A DNA stretch of 32,000 bases from Candidatus Heimdallarchaeota archaeon (GTDB lineage: Archaea > Asgardarchaeota > Heimdallarchaeia > JABLTI01): contig JAUWKS010000011.1 in assembly GCA_030614005.1 (NCBI GenBank), positions 30,001 to 62,000 on the forward strand, given 5' to 3'. How positions within the stretch are numbered: the stretch's first letter is position 1; the number at the start of each line of letters is the position of its first letter. Under the pieces are notes generated by a model. It did no database searches. It saw nothing but the letters and a program-made list of their open reading frames with translations, and was not told the DNA's origin. Shown piece by piece: positions 1-9,656 of the stretch. The translations under genes were made by a program, and so were the position numbers.

Positions 1-1085
1 TCACCTGTGAAGTCATAACAAGCAATGCCTTGTGTTAGAAAGAGGCTATCCTTATGGGTTGAAGTCCATGAGTTCCAAATTTGAGTTATTTCTCCATCGA
101 CAGTATCATAAATAGCAATTAAATTAGTGTCCACTGAAACAGTTCGATTTGAGCTGACAATTAATTCTAAATCACCATCTCCGTTAATATCACCTGATGA
201 TAGAAAGGTACCGTTATTGGTGCCAATGGCTCCATCTTTTATGTTAAAATTATCTTCAATAACATATTTGGTGTAAACACCGTTTTCACCAAGATAAATA
301 TCTCCCCAGCAATTCGCTGTTGTCCTAAAAATAGTTGAAGAATCATCAGTATAGGGCCAAGTAATACTCCCCGTACCAGAAGAATATATATTCGTAGCAG
401 CAAAACCAATTCCGAAAAGATCACCTGGATTTTTATTCAGGGTGTCAAGATCAATTTTGAATTCATATTGTCTGTGAGAGTTTGTTGAGTCAAAAAATGA
501 TTTTGAATAATCCATGTCTACAGTGACATTGTAAGTTGGAATTTCCACACCAGTTGTATCTGTAGCTAACAAATCCCATTGCCCATTACTTAATCCTCTA
601 TAAATATCAACATGTAAAGTATCATTTACCTCATTCATGACAGAAACATATCTATCACTTGTGTCTAAAATACCATTATGATTTAAGTCAAAGACTATTC
701 CTGCTCCCCAAGCAGTAGCTGGATCTTCAACTTCATAGTCAATCATATCGAATCCAATATAGAGATATGAATCATCATTTTGTAGGAAAACTTTACCTCT
801 AGGACTTTCCAAATTATCATACATATCATAAACAGCTGCTGAAGCCCATTCAATTGAAGCATCTGTACCATTGAATTCTATTTTGCCATCTAGGTTCGGT
901 AGAATCGTACTATTATAGAGCGAATAGATTTCTTTTGGATATGCAAGAGGTGAATGTCCTCTAATTGGTGTATAATTGAAATTATAGATTGCGATAAATA
1001 ATGAAGCAGTTAATAGTACTATCAAGAATAATTTAATACTACCCTTCTTAAATTTACTAATATGAAAATGGGGATTTATAGGCAT
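1..1085 (-). CDS. Secreted/surface protein with DOMON/CBM9-like domain followed by FG-GAP-type repeats (3' end runs off window)
   Basis: Not in the ORF track. Manual translation from ATG at 1085 is open for 361 codons to the edge: MPINPHFHISKFKKGSIKLFLIVLLTASLFIAIY (basic + hydrophobic signal/anchor), then PNLDGKIEFNGTDASIEWASA..VFLQNDDSYLYIGFD..RQYEFKI (DOMON/CBM9-like pattern), then SGDINGDGDLELIV and CYDFTG (FG-GAP/Ca-binding blades). Several N-x-S/T sequons. Confidence 0.8.
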   Translation of the reverse strand, partial: MPINPHFHISKFKKGSIKLFLIVLLTASLFIAIYNFNYTPIRGHSPLAYPKEIYSLYNSTILPNLDGKIEFNGTDASIEWASAAVYDMYDNLESPRGKVFLQNDDSYLYIGFDMIDYEVEDPATAWGAGIVFDLNHNGILDTSDRYVSVMNEVNDTLHVDIYRGLSNGQWDLLATDTTGVEIPTYNVTVDMDYSKSFFDSTNSHRQYEFKIDLDTLNKNPGDLFGIGFAATNIYSSGTGSITWPYTDDSSTIFRTTANCWGDIYLGENGVYTKYVIEDNFNIKDGAIGTNNGTFLSSGDINGDGDLELIVSSNRTVSVDTNLIAIYDTVDGEITQIWNSWTSTHKDSLFLTQGIACYDFTG

Positions 1086-1209
1086 TGGGGGGTTGTCCTT
1101 TAAGTTTAAACTTTAATAAAATACTTTAAAGTAATTATATCGACAATATCTAACTCTATAAAACAATTAAAAAGACTTTAGATTTAGGAATATTAGATAA
1201 AAAAAGAGA

Positions 1210-1229
1210 TGAAAGGGAAAATCCCTTCA
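1210..1229 (-). terminator. Possible terminator hairpin after the large GNAT gene
   Basis: TGAA(A)GGGA-aaa-TCCCTTCA imperfect stem just past the stop at 1235, followed on the minus strand by a T-run. Confidence 0.35.
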
Positions 1230-1234
1230 AAAAA

Positions 1235-4200
1235 TTACTTTTTCCTGAGAGCCATTCTCACTTCTTCCATTTTCTCTCGAGGTTGATTTATCATTATTGC
1301 CATTTCTGTTGTGGTTTTTGCGTTTGGTTCAACGTAAGTATAGTTGATTATCCAATTTAATAGCATCATCACAAGATCAACAGAGATAGCCGATCCTGGG
1401 TATCCATCTGGAATAATTATTGCTAGTGATTGTTTTCCTTTTGTTACTCGACAATAAGGTTCATCAAAAGAGCTGTTTGCAACAAATTGATTTTTAACTG
1501 GATTACGTGTCCACAAACCACTGCCACTAGTAGCTTCAATTACATTATTTTCTCTGGAACCATCTAAGCCTATGTCAACCATTAACCCTGAACCACAAGG
1601 CATTTTTCTTGCTGTTTTGTTGTCCAGAGTGATTATCGCTCTAATGATGGAACTTCCTGGTAGGGTTAAATAAGTCATTTCAACATTTAATCCTTTAAGG
1701 TATTCTTTGTCATTGGTGATAATCCAAGATGATTTAATTCCCTTCCATAATCCTTCATCAACTATTTCAGTTGTTGTATCTTCTGGTTTGTAAAATGGAT
1801 TGTTTGCTCCGAAATGGATAACTGCAGGTTGCATACCACCAATATTATGAGTGAAGAAGAATCTAGGTTGCAATTCAGGGAAATTATCAATGAGGAATGT
1901 TTTCCCTTTTGAATCCTTTAGTTTGAGTAAATTTCCACCGATATCTTTAGGAACAACAAATGAAAGCGAACCGTTTGAGATTTCGTAGATCTTTCTTTCT
2001 CCGATAGCTGATTCTGTAATTTTAACTGTATCAGCTGATGCAATGAGTACAGGCAAATCAAAATCGAGCTCAAATTCAGAACTGAGGTGTAATTGTAATG
2101 TTTCTATAGATGCTTTGGTTTTTTCTGGGACAATTATTTCTACTTGTATTGGAAGTGGTATAAATGGCTCATATTTTGGTAGTTGAATAGTTTCTTTTCT
2201 TTCTTTTTCAACTATGAATTTGATTTGCCATCCTTTGGGTGCTTTCAAAGTTAGCGCACCTTGTAGTGGGTACGAAGAGCTGAAATTCAATGTTATTGTT
2301 TTGGTATGTGTTTTTCCAGAGTGAACAATGTTCCCATCTACAATTTCCGCTTCAATTAGCTTCACTGTTTTTGGACCCAAAAAGTTTTCTTGATAACTAA
2401 ATGTAGTATTACCTACAAGCTGATTCCAACGATTTCTAACTTCTTGGAGAGAAACCATACCAAAACTGTACCATAAATGAACTGGCTTGAAAATTTCTCC
2501 AGGATTCACCTCTTTGGTTACACTATCAAGCCTTGAGAGTGATCCTTTCATAACATTAACTTTTTCAATATTGTCAGGCTTCCAAATCCATGTTGATAAA
2601 TCTTTATAGATTAAACCTTCAGTGGCTGTCCAAGTTTCGTACCAATCCTTCGGATTTTCGGTTAGCAATGGACTAGTAAGAAAGTCTGCAACCGAGTCAC
2701 ATTCAACGATTTTTCCTTTTATTGGAGTAAAGGATTTTCCTTTTGCTGCCATTGGGCTAAGAGTAATTCCTCCACTAGCTGTTGAAGTTCTTCCACAAAC
2801 ATGAATGGAACCTTTCTGGAGTTTATTAGAATATTCAACCCAATATTCCACTTCATTTGAACCAGGAACTACTCTGAGATATTTCTTGACTTGTAATCCT
2901 AAGACTTGTAGACTTTCAGCACTAAGAATAAGTGTTGTATAGTGTCCATCTTGCTGAAGTTCGTATGTGTGTAAAAGTGTTCTATCTAATGAAAGTCCGA
3001 AAGGTGGACCCGCTTGATGATTTAATTGAACAGATCCTTGATTGTCTTGTTGGTAAACTCGGATGTTACCTCCTTCAAGGCTTGCTCGTGCTGTCAGTTT
3101 ATCTGTTACTAAGTAGAGTGTTTTTGTGTCTTCAAATTCAAGCAATTCAACAATATTGTTTTTCTTAGCAATTATTGGATGATAGAAACAGGGCATTTCT
3201 TCCTTTTTATTATTGAAAGTAAAAGATGATTTTGCTTCAATTGTGAGCTTATTCTTCTTTTGATTTGTTGGAAAAGTAATTGGTACTTGAATTCCAGAGA
3301 TATTATTAGGTTTGATTGAATAATTAATTATTTGTTTACTATTCTCAAGACCAGGGATATTGATATTGATTTCTCCTTTTAATTCTAAATCAGTATGATT
3401 AATGAGGTCCATTGAAATAACTGATTCTTTACCAATAGGAACAAACATGAATCGATTTTCATTAATTGATCTGAGATCAATTGCAGATTGTATTTTACCG
3501 CTAGTAACAAGCTCAATGGCATTATTTTCAATGGATATTGTTGATTTTATTCTTTCACAACTTCTATTATTATCTTTGAATACTGTTGTAGTATTGTCAA
3601 CCGTAAACTCTCGAGTAATATCTAGAATTTCTCCTTTCTTAAGCTCAAATGACTTGGGGAAGGGTTCTTTCCATATCAATCCTTCAAAAGCTTCTACATT
3701 CATTTTTACTTTAACATCTTGACCATTATCATTTCGTATTCGAATAGTCATAGCATTTGGAATACCAATGAATATTTTATGTGATTTCATTCGTGTTTTG
3801 ATTGAGATTTTCTTTCCATCCAAAACTCTTTCAAAGCTACAGAAACCCCAGCCATAACGATCAACTTCTGCTTCAAGTCTATCCTCTCCATTTTCGAAAA
3901 CATAAGAATAAATTTCCATATTCTCTACTGTTTGCTCATCTGGGACTTGAGTCAACTCTCGTTTAAAACTGCCATACCAGTCTGGATGTTTTTCAAAATA
4001 ATCTTTAGCCAAAGGTAATTGCAATATCCCAGGTATAAAATCTTGCATGTATACTTCAGTATCAGGTACCCAAAACAAACCAATTTTCTTGTAAAGTGGT
4101 ACAGCTTCAAGATTCCCTGACCATGTGTTGAGATCTACTCGTGTTAAACCATTTGCCAAAGCTATCTCAAGAGCTTTTAACAATAACCTTTTTCCGAATT

Positions 4201-4492
4201 TCTTACCTTTTGCTTTTGGAGTTACACCTAAGATAGAAATGTAAGCAGCTTCTTTATCTCGCCAATGTGGATACAATCCACAATATCCTGCTAAAGTTCC
4301 TTCTTCATCTACTGCAAACAAATCTGCATACGCAGATGTTTTATCTAACCAATCTTTAACTCTCTGTTCTGTGTAAGGAATACTACCACCGAAGCCACCT
4401 GGCCAAAGCTCTTTGAATGAATTGAACATCTCCGCTGCCGCTTTAGCCATAGACGGTTCATAGATTTTTATTGTGCTTATTTTATCAGTCAT
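1235..4492 (-). CDS. Large GNAT-family N-acetyltransferase fusion (N-terminal GNAT + ~900 aa beta-rich region)
   Basis: N-terminal GNAT: LAGYCGL, YISILGVTPKAKGKKFGKRLL (acetyl-CoA motif A), LNTWSGNLEAVPLYKKIGLFW (motif B). The remainder is beta-strand rich and appears to repeat an Ig-like + super-sandwich unit twice. Confidence 0.8.
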   Translation of the reverse strand: MTDKISTIKIYEPSMAKAAAEMFNSFKELWPGGFGGSIPYTEQRVKDWLDKTSAYADLFAVDEEGTLAGYCGLYPHWRDKEAAYISILGVTPKAKGKKFGKRLLLKALEIALANGLTRVDLNTWSGNLEAVPLYKKIGLFWVPDTEVYMQDFIPGILQLPLAKDYFEKHPDWYGSFKRELTQVPDEQTVENMEIYSYVFENGEDRLEAEVDRYGWGFCSFERVLDGKKISIKTRMKSHKIFIGIPNAMTIRIRNDNGQDVKVKMNVEAFEGLIWKEPFPKSFELKKGEILDITREFTVDNTTTVFKDNNRSCERIKSTISIENNAIELVTSGKIQSAIDLRSINENRFMFVPIGKESVISMDLINHTDLELKGEININIPGLENSKQIINYSIKPNNISGIQVPITFPTNQKKNKLTIEAKSSFTFNNKKEEMPCFYHPIIAKKNNIVELLEFEDTKTLYLVTDKLTARASLEGGNIRVYQQDNQGSVQLNHQAGPPFGLSLDRTLLHTYELQQDGHYTTLILSAESLQVLGLQVKKYLRVVPGSNEVEYWVEYSNKLQKGSIHVCGRTSTASGGITLSPMAAKGKSFTPIKGKIVECDSVADFLTSPLLTENPKDWYETWTATEGLIYKDLSTWIWKPDNIEKVNVMKGSLSRLDSVTKEVNPGEIFKPVHLWYSFGMVSLQEVRNRWNQLVGNTTFSYQENFLGPKTVKLIEAEIVDGNIVHSGKTHTKTITLNFSSSYPLQGALTLKAPKGWQIKFIVEKERKETIQLPKYEPFIPLPIQVEIIVPEKTKASIETLQLHLSSEFELDFDLPVLIASADTVKITESAIGERKIYEISNGSLSFVVPKDIGGNLLKLKDSKGKTFLIDNFPELQPRFFFTHNIGGMQPAVIHFGANNPFYKPEDTTTEIVDEGLWKGIKSSWIITNDKEYLKGLNVEMTYLTLPGSSIIRAIITLDNKTARKMPCGSGLMVDIGLDGSRENNVIEATSGSGLWTRNPVKNQFVANSSFDEPYCRVTKGKQSLAIIIPDGYPGSAISVDLVMMLLNWIINYTYVEPNAKTTTEMAIMINQPREKMEEVRMALRKK

Positions 4493-4528
4493 TTTTATTC
4501 AAACCTTAGTTATAGATGTATATAGATA

Positions 4529-4618
4529 TTAGATACCAAGTGTCAATAATAATTCATTTCGTATTTTTTCTAAGTCTTTCTTTACTTGTTTTCGTACTTT
4601 TTCTTTCTGAGTTATCAT
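4529..4618 (-). CDS. Unannotated 29-aa small protein MITQKEKVRKQVKKDLEKIRNELLLTLGI
   Basis: ATG at 4618, TAA at 4531-4529. SD AAGGTGA (4633-4627) lies 8 nt upstream. Basic amphipathic helix pattern; co-oriented with and just upstream of the GNAT gene. Confidence 0.55.
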   Translation of the reverse strand: MITQKEKVRKQVKKDLEKIRNELLLTLGI

Positions 4619-4678
4619 TTTTTCTTTCACCTTAATTTTTTTTCTGTGAACTTTATCTTAAGTTCAATTACTACTGTA

Positions 4679-4718
4679 GTGGTCACATTATAATAATTAA
4701 GTGAGAAATAGTGACCAC
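4679..4718. promoter_or_regulatory. Inverted repeat GTGGTCAC...GTGACCAC flanking a TATA-like AT block
   Basis: Perfect 8-bp arms at 4679-4686 and 4711-4718 around ATTATAATAATTAA, upstream of the smORF/GNAT unit. Confidence 0.4.
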
Positions 4719-4771
4719 CAAAAATAGGTGCAAAAAATAAAAAAAAATAAAATTTCAAAGTGTATTGAAAA

Positions 4772-7588
4772 TCAGTCAATTCGTAATAATTTAATTTCGA
4801 AGGGATTGAATGTTAATGTACACATGTTCTTTGAAATTTCAGAACTTTGTTTTATTGTCCCGTCAATTTTTACATCAATGAATTTACTAAACTGTTTATG
4901 AAATTTTATTCCAGATTGTATACTCTCAGAAGACAAATTGAAAATTAACACTTGAAGTTTTCCATCACGAATTCTCATTGAAGACAATCTTAAATTCTGG
5001 TTTTCAATTTCAATTAATGGTTTTGTTAAATCTTTTAAAGGCATGCTGTCTTTAAAAACAACATTTTGCGTTTCCAGACAGAATGCTTCAGAGTGATCTG
5101 CACTGAACGTTATTGGCTTCTCCTTTGAATGACACAAGAAGCTGTATCTAAATTGATACTCTTGTCCTAATTCTTGTGCTCCTGGTGTTTCTAAATATGG
5201 ACCTGCATGTATTGGTCTCTCTGGGAAATCTGATCTCGAGAGAAACCCAATAGAACGAATAAGAGTTAAAGCTAAAATCGATTTATCTACCAATTCAACT
5301 TCTGGTAATCCTTTGTTTATTAGCGTAAATGCAGTCTGGTCTTTTTCTTCTGATTCCACTCGAATGAATCGTTTTTGTGGTTGTATCCCCGATGGCTGCT
5401 CAACTGCATCTTTGTTTTCAATAGCTTTTCCAAGTCTCTCTGTGTAACCAAAATGTGTTGATGTTAAGGTATTTGTCGTTTCAAAAGGCATCGGAAAACA
5501 AATTCTAAATCTGTGGTCCTTTGCTGTATTGACAAGTTTGGTAGTGATATCTATTCTTGGTAAATCTCTATAAAATCGGAATACTGTTGTAATGATTACT
5601 TTTGTTTTACCTATTCTCTTTTCTCGTTTTTCGTTAACTTTCTTAAAGGTATTAAAAATTAATTCTTGAGTTATTTCACTTACGAGTGCTCCTTTCAATG
5701 TAATTCTCCTTTTAACCTTTGATACTTTCGTGACAAGTGGGCCTAGACGTCCAAATGTGTACTCATCTCCACGATCACCCCAATCTTCAAAATAATGGAG
5801 ATTGCTAAATTCTCTTTCTAATCCTTTATCGTACAAATTCAACGAGCCATTTTTATTAAATGTAACATCAAAGAATTGATTGCTTACAGAATTTTTAGTT
5901 ATTGTTATCGGATTTGTATCAGCTTTTTTAGCTTCTCTTTTCAAAGTTACTTTTGAAAATGACCAAGGATTCAAAGGTAACAAAGCTATGTAAGATTGTT
6001 TACTTCCTAAAGATACTTTGACATGAAACTTTTTGAATTCCTTCCTATCTAATATTTCAATCGCTTGATGCTGCATTGCTTTAACATCAAATTCTCCAAT
6101 TGGTTCCTTACCACAAATCAATGAAATATCTAACACTGTAGGATCAGTATATCTTGGAGCAAATGATACTTCATTAATGTAAATATCCATTAGCCTTCTA
6201 CCGGGTAGCATTTTCAAACCTGCTCGAGTGATTAATGGACTCATAGTGCTTTCAAAAAAGATATCTTCTGATGAAGTTATAGCTTGAATGTTGTATTTCT
6301 CTCCCGTTGGTGTTTCGATTGATTTGATTTCATTGTCATCCAAAGAAAATTCCACACACATTGGTATCTTTGCATTATTAGTTGGATTGAAGAGCAAACC
6401 TGAAGAATCACTTTTCTTTGTTTCCATTTTTTGTATCATTTCAAGTGAATCCTGAATTACAGATTCAACGATACCTTCTGCCCATGAATAGCGCGATTTC
6501 ATCTCATCGTGTGTTTTATCGACTGAACATCCACATATAGAATCATGTGGTTGATTTTTTAGTAACCATTTCCAAGCGAGATTCAAATATGAAGTTGGAT
6601 ATTCTTTAGCCAGATAAAAATGTAAAATTGCGCTTATTGGTTCTCCATGATGGATCAACAAATCTTCAATTTTTGTATCCCATTGTTTTATCCACATTCT
6701 TGCAGAATATGTATCCTGTAATAAGGGTGCTTTAACTGATGAGCGAAACTCCCCATAATAAATTGCTGGTGAGTATTTTTCACAAGCAATCAAATCTTGT
6801 AGTTTGAGTATATACTCTTCCATTAGACCTATTCTTAGCTTCAATTTGTCATTTGATAATTTTGGTATTTGTTCAATCAAAAACGTTTGAGGTAACTGGT
6901 GATCTGTACCATTCATTAGAAGATAATAAGGAAATGGTGAATAAGGTTTCAACTCTTTTATTTTCTCATCAATTAGCTCCTTTACTAATTCAATATTATC
7001 AGATAAGCCTGCAAAATTGCCATAGCTAAAGGGAAGATAGTTGCCTAAAATTTGACTCTTTGATTTTGGGTGACTTTTCCAAATAAAAGGAACTTTTGTA
7101 ATTTCAGGACCAACACCTCTCCACATAACTGTTGCTGTAAAATTAGTTAAATCCGATAAAAGCTGTGGAATGGCTCGAGTATGACCGAATTGGTCTGGTA
7201 AATAACCGACTTGCATCTGAGGGATATCTAAACTACTTGCTAGATCAAAACTCACTTCAAGATTGCGGATTAAACTTTCTTGACCTACTAACCATTCATC
7301 TGGAAGAATGTACCAAGGTCCAACAGAAATCTTTTTTTCACGTATTAATTTGAGGAGTCTTTCTCTATTTTCAGGTCGTATTTCGAAGTAATCTTCAAGA
7401 ACAATTGTTTGCCCATCAAGCATAAAATAATACTCTTTCTTCTCCATTATCTCGAGTAATTCATCAATTAATTTAACGAGTTTGTATCTAAAGTGTTGAA
7501 ATGGCAAATACCACTCTCTGTCCCAATGTGTACTTGGTATAATTATTACTTCAGCACTTTCTTGATCAGCTTGGTTCTTTTTACTCAC
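4772..7588 (-). CDS. Glycoside hydrolase family 38 alpha-mannosidase (MngB/mannosylglycerate hydrolase-like subtype)
   Basis: GH38 motifs STHWDREWY, LDGQT, VGPWYILPDEWL, GYLPDQFGH, NGTDH, NQPHDSICGCSVD, and DRGDEYTF in the C-terminal sandwich. GTG start. Confidence 0.93.
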   Translation of the reverse strand: MSKKNQADQESAEVIIIPSTHWDREWYLPFQHFRYKLVKLIDELLEIMEKKEYYFMLDGQTIVLEDYFEIRPENRERLLKLIREKKISVGPWYILPDEWLVGQESLIRNLEVSFDLASSLDIPQMQVGYLPDQFGHTRAIPQLLSDLTNFTATVMWRGVGPEITKVPFIWKSHPKSKSQILGNYLPFSYGNFAGLSDNIELVKELIDEKIKELKPYSPFPYYLLMNGTDHQLPQTFLIEQIPKLSNDKLKLRIGLMEEYILKLQDLIACEKYSPAIYYGEFRSSVKAPLLQDTYSARMWIKQWDTKIEDLLIHHGEPISAILHFYLAKEYPTSYLNLAWKWLLKNQPHDSICGCSVDKTHDEMKSRYSWAEGIVESVIQDSLEMIQKMETKKSDSSGLLFNPTNNAKIPMCVEFSLDDNEIKSIETPTGEKYNIQAITSSEDIFFESTMSPLITRAGLKMLPGRRLMDIYINEVSFAPRYTDPTVLDISLICGKEPIGEFDVKAMQHQAIEILDRKEFKKFHVKVSLGSKQSYIALLPLNPWSFSKVTLKREAKKADTNPITITKNSVSNQFFDVTFNKNGSLNLYDKGLEREFSNLHYFEDWGDRGDEYTFGRLGPLVTKVSKVKRRITLKGALVSEITQELIFNTFKKVNEKREKRIGKTKVIITTVFRFYRDLPRIDITTKLVNTAKDHRFRICFPMPFETTNTLTSTHFGYTERLGKAIENKDAVEQPSGIQPQKRFIRVESEEKDQTAFTLINKGLPEVELVDKSILALTLIRSIGFLSRSDFPERPIHAGPYLETPGAQELGQEYQFRYSFLCHSKEKPITFSADHSEAFCLETQNVVFKDSMPLKDLTKPLIEIENQNLRLSSMRIRDGKLQVLIFNLSSESIQSGIKFHKQFSKFIDVKIDGTIKQSSEISKNMCTLTFNPFEIKLLRID

Positions 7589-7809
7589 TATTTACATTTC
7601 TCCGGAAAATTCATTTCATAATCTTACTTTGACTGAATAGCTTCATTCAAAGATACTCTCAAATTATTTTCTCTAACCATTAACTAATCACCAATAACAA
7701 TTAAAAAAATTGCTGCTATAAATTTCTCTTTTCAAAACCACATTCTTACACTTAGATTATTAAGAATAAATGATTTATAATTTAGCATAACACTCAAGAT
7801 GGTTACACG

Positions 7810-8676
7810 ATGGTTGAAATTACTGAACAGAATGGTTATTTTCAAACCTTTGATAGTATGGAGATGTATTATCATTGTTGGCTACCAACAGAATCTGAAG
7901 AAAAGAAAACAAAAGCAGTTTTTGTTGGAATTCATGGTGGAGAAACACACGCTCAAACCTTGAGAACTGTTGCTGAGTACTTTTCAAGTAAAGGTTATCC
8001 CTTTTATGCTTTTGATCGTAGAGGGCATGGACATTGTGAGAAAAATGATCGAATGTATGTCAAAGATTACAATTATGTTGTTGAAGACATTAAAGCATTC
8101 ATCAATTTTGTTAAGGAAAAAGAAGAAGCCGAAAAAATCTATCTTATTGCCCACAGCAATGGAGGAGCATATGCAATTATTGCTGCAACAAGATTTCCTG
8201 AAATAATTGATAAGCTAATTCTCTCATCTCCAAGTATAAAATTGGTTGGAAATGATTTTGCCATGTTTATTCAAAAAACAGCAGTTAGCTTTTTGGGAAC
8301 AATAGCGCCAAAACTAACTTTGCCTACAGTTATTAAACCTGAAGAATTAGTAAAAGATTCCGATATACTTGAAAATCGATTTCGAGATGAACTTATTTAT
8401 AGAAGATTTACTAGTCGATGGGGTCGCGAGTTAATTAGGTTTCAAAAGGATGCTGATAAAAACATTCATCGTTTAGATGTTCCAACTTTATTCCTGATAG
8501 GAACAGATGATCGTATTGTTGATTCTTACTATACTATGAAGAAATTCGAAACCATTGATCAAAAAGATAAAATGAAACTAAATATCTACGAAGATTATTG
8601 GCATGAACTCTTTAATGAATTGCCTGAAAAAAGAGTCAAAGTATTCCAAGACGTTGAAGAATTCATAGAACTATAA
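7810..8676 (+). CDS. Alpha/beta hydrolase, lysophospholipase/monoacylglycerol lipase family
   Basis: IHGGETH oxyanion region, FDRRGHG, nucleophile elbow AHSNGG, catalytic Asp (GTDDRIVD) and His (YWHELFNE). Confidence 0.88.
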   Translation: MVEITEQNGYFQTFDSMEMYYHCWLPTESEEKKTKAVFVGIHGGETHAQTLRTVAEYFSSKGYPFYAFDRRGHGHCEKNDRMYVKDYNYVVEDIKAFINFVKEKEEAEKIYLIAHSNGGAYAIIAATRFPEIIDKLILSSPSIKLVGNDFAMFIQKTAVSFLGTIAPKLTLPTVIKPEELVKDSDILENRFRDELIYRRFTSRWGRELIRFQKDADKNIHRLDVPTLFLIGTDDRIVDSYYTMKKFETIDQKDKMKLNIYEDYWHELFNELPEKRVKVFQDVEEFIEL

Positions 8677-8698
8677 GATTTGCTAAAAGTGAAAAGAA

Positions 8699-8721
8699 GA
8701 AGTGGTTTCAAATTCCACTTC
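8699..8721. terminator. Hairpin between convergent genes (possible bidirectional terminator)
   Basis: GAAGTGG-N9-CCACTTC perfect 7-bp stem in the 52-bp gap between two convergent stops. Confidence 0.45.
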
Positions 8722-8728
8722 ATAAATT

Positions 8729-9523
8729 TTATTTTCCATTTTTACTTGATTGAACATCTGTACAGATAAAAGCATTGTAATGTTTTGGTTTTGTGAAACC
8801 TAGCTTTAGAGCTAATTTTGCTGAGATTTCATTATCTGCATCCCAATGTGGTGTCAATCCTCTTTCTAGGCTTTCTTTGAGTAAAGCTGCGGAAGCAATA
8901 GTAGCAAATCCTTTTCGACGATATTTTGGGTCATCATCTGTTAATACCTGGATTTCAAACTCATCATCAAAAATAGGCATTGCAGCCGCTACAATACAAA
9001 CTACTTTTTCTCCTTCTTTAATACAATAAGCCAAACCTCGATGAACGAAAGCTTCTGGAGAGTCAAACCAAGGTAGAAATGCCGCCGCAAGTTTGATATT
9101 CAAATTATAGACTGTTTCAACATCTACTTTGTGTAAAGTAAACCCATCTGCAAGTTCTTTTTCAAGTAATTTGTTCAAATGTTCTATGTTTAATTTTGAA
9201 GAAGAAAACTTGATCCGTGGATACGGAGTGAGATTTATCTGACTCATTGCAAATTTTGCCCATTCTTCATTTGGAAAAATAACCAAACGATTTTCTCGTA
9301 TATTTTCTAATATTGCTTTTGCGTGAATGGATTTAACATTACCCGTTACAATTTCAAAGACCTTATAGGACATTAAGGCAACTTGTGGGTTTTTAATATC
9401 ATCAACTAATATCCTGCCATTCCCTTCTCTTAAAACGGTTTTTGAAACAATGAACAGATAAGCATTCTGTTCGAATAAAGGGATGAGGGTAGTTTGATTT
9501 TTAGCTGGAAATTCAATTAACAT
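8729..9523 (-). CDS. GNAT-family acetyltransferase (GNAT_acetyltran-like)
   Basis: C-terminal FEIQVLTDDDPKYRRKGFATIASAALL..GLTPHWDADNEISAKLALKLGF is the typical GNAT tail of this subfamily. Confidence 0.85.
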   Translation of the reverse strand: MLIEFPAKNQTTLIPLFEQNAYLFIVSKTVLREGNGRILVDDIKNPQVALMSYKVFEIVTGNVKSIHAKAILENIRENRLVIFPNEEWAKFAMSQINLTPYPRIKFSSSKLNIEHLNKLLEKELADGFTLHKVDVETVYNLNIKLAAAFLPWFDSPEAFVHRGLAYCIKEGEKVVCIVAAAMPIFDDEFEIQVLTDDDPKYRRKGFATIASAALLKESLERGLTPHWDADNEISAKLALKLGFTKPKHYNAFICTDVQSSKNGK

Positions 9524-9656
9524 TGTTAATCACTAACTTACATTCCATTGCTCCTTAAAAAAATATAGTTATTTTCTGGTTTGACACAGTAAAAAAGAGG
9601 CAAAGTTAAATGTGTATTTGAACATTCTCAAAAGTTGAGAAGAGGGAAAAGAAAGT

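Noticed and set aside
2622-3722. Short + strand ORFs (60-106 aa) inside the GNAT gene; likewise 239-424, 7165, 7970, 8793, 10326, 10855, 12168, 14021, 16468, 17287, 18779, 20210, 21366, 21417, 21801, 22823, 23477, 25462, 30393, 30672
   Set aside because: All overlap longer motif-bearing genes on the opposite strand or frame and show no recognisable motifs; these are shadow ORFs.
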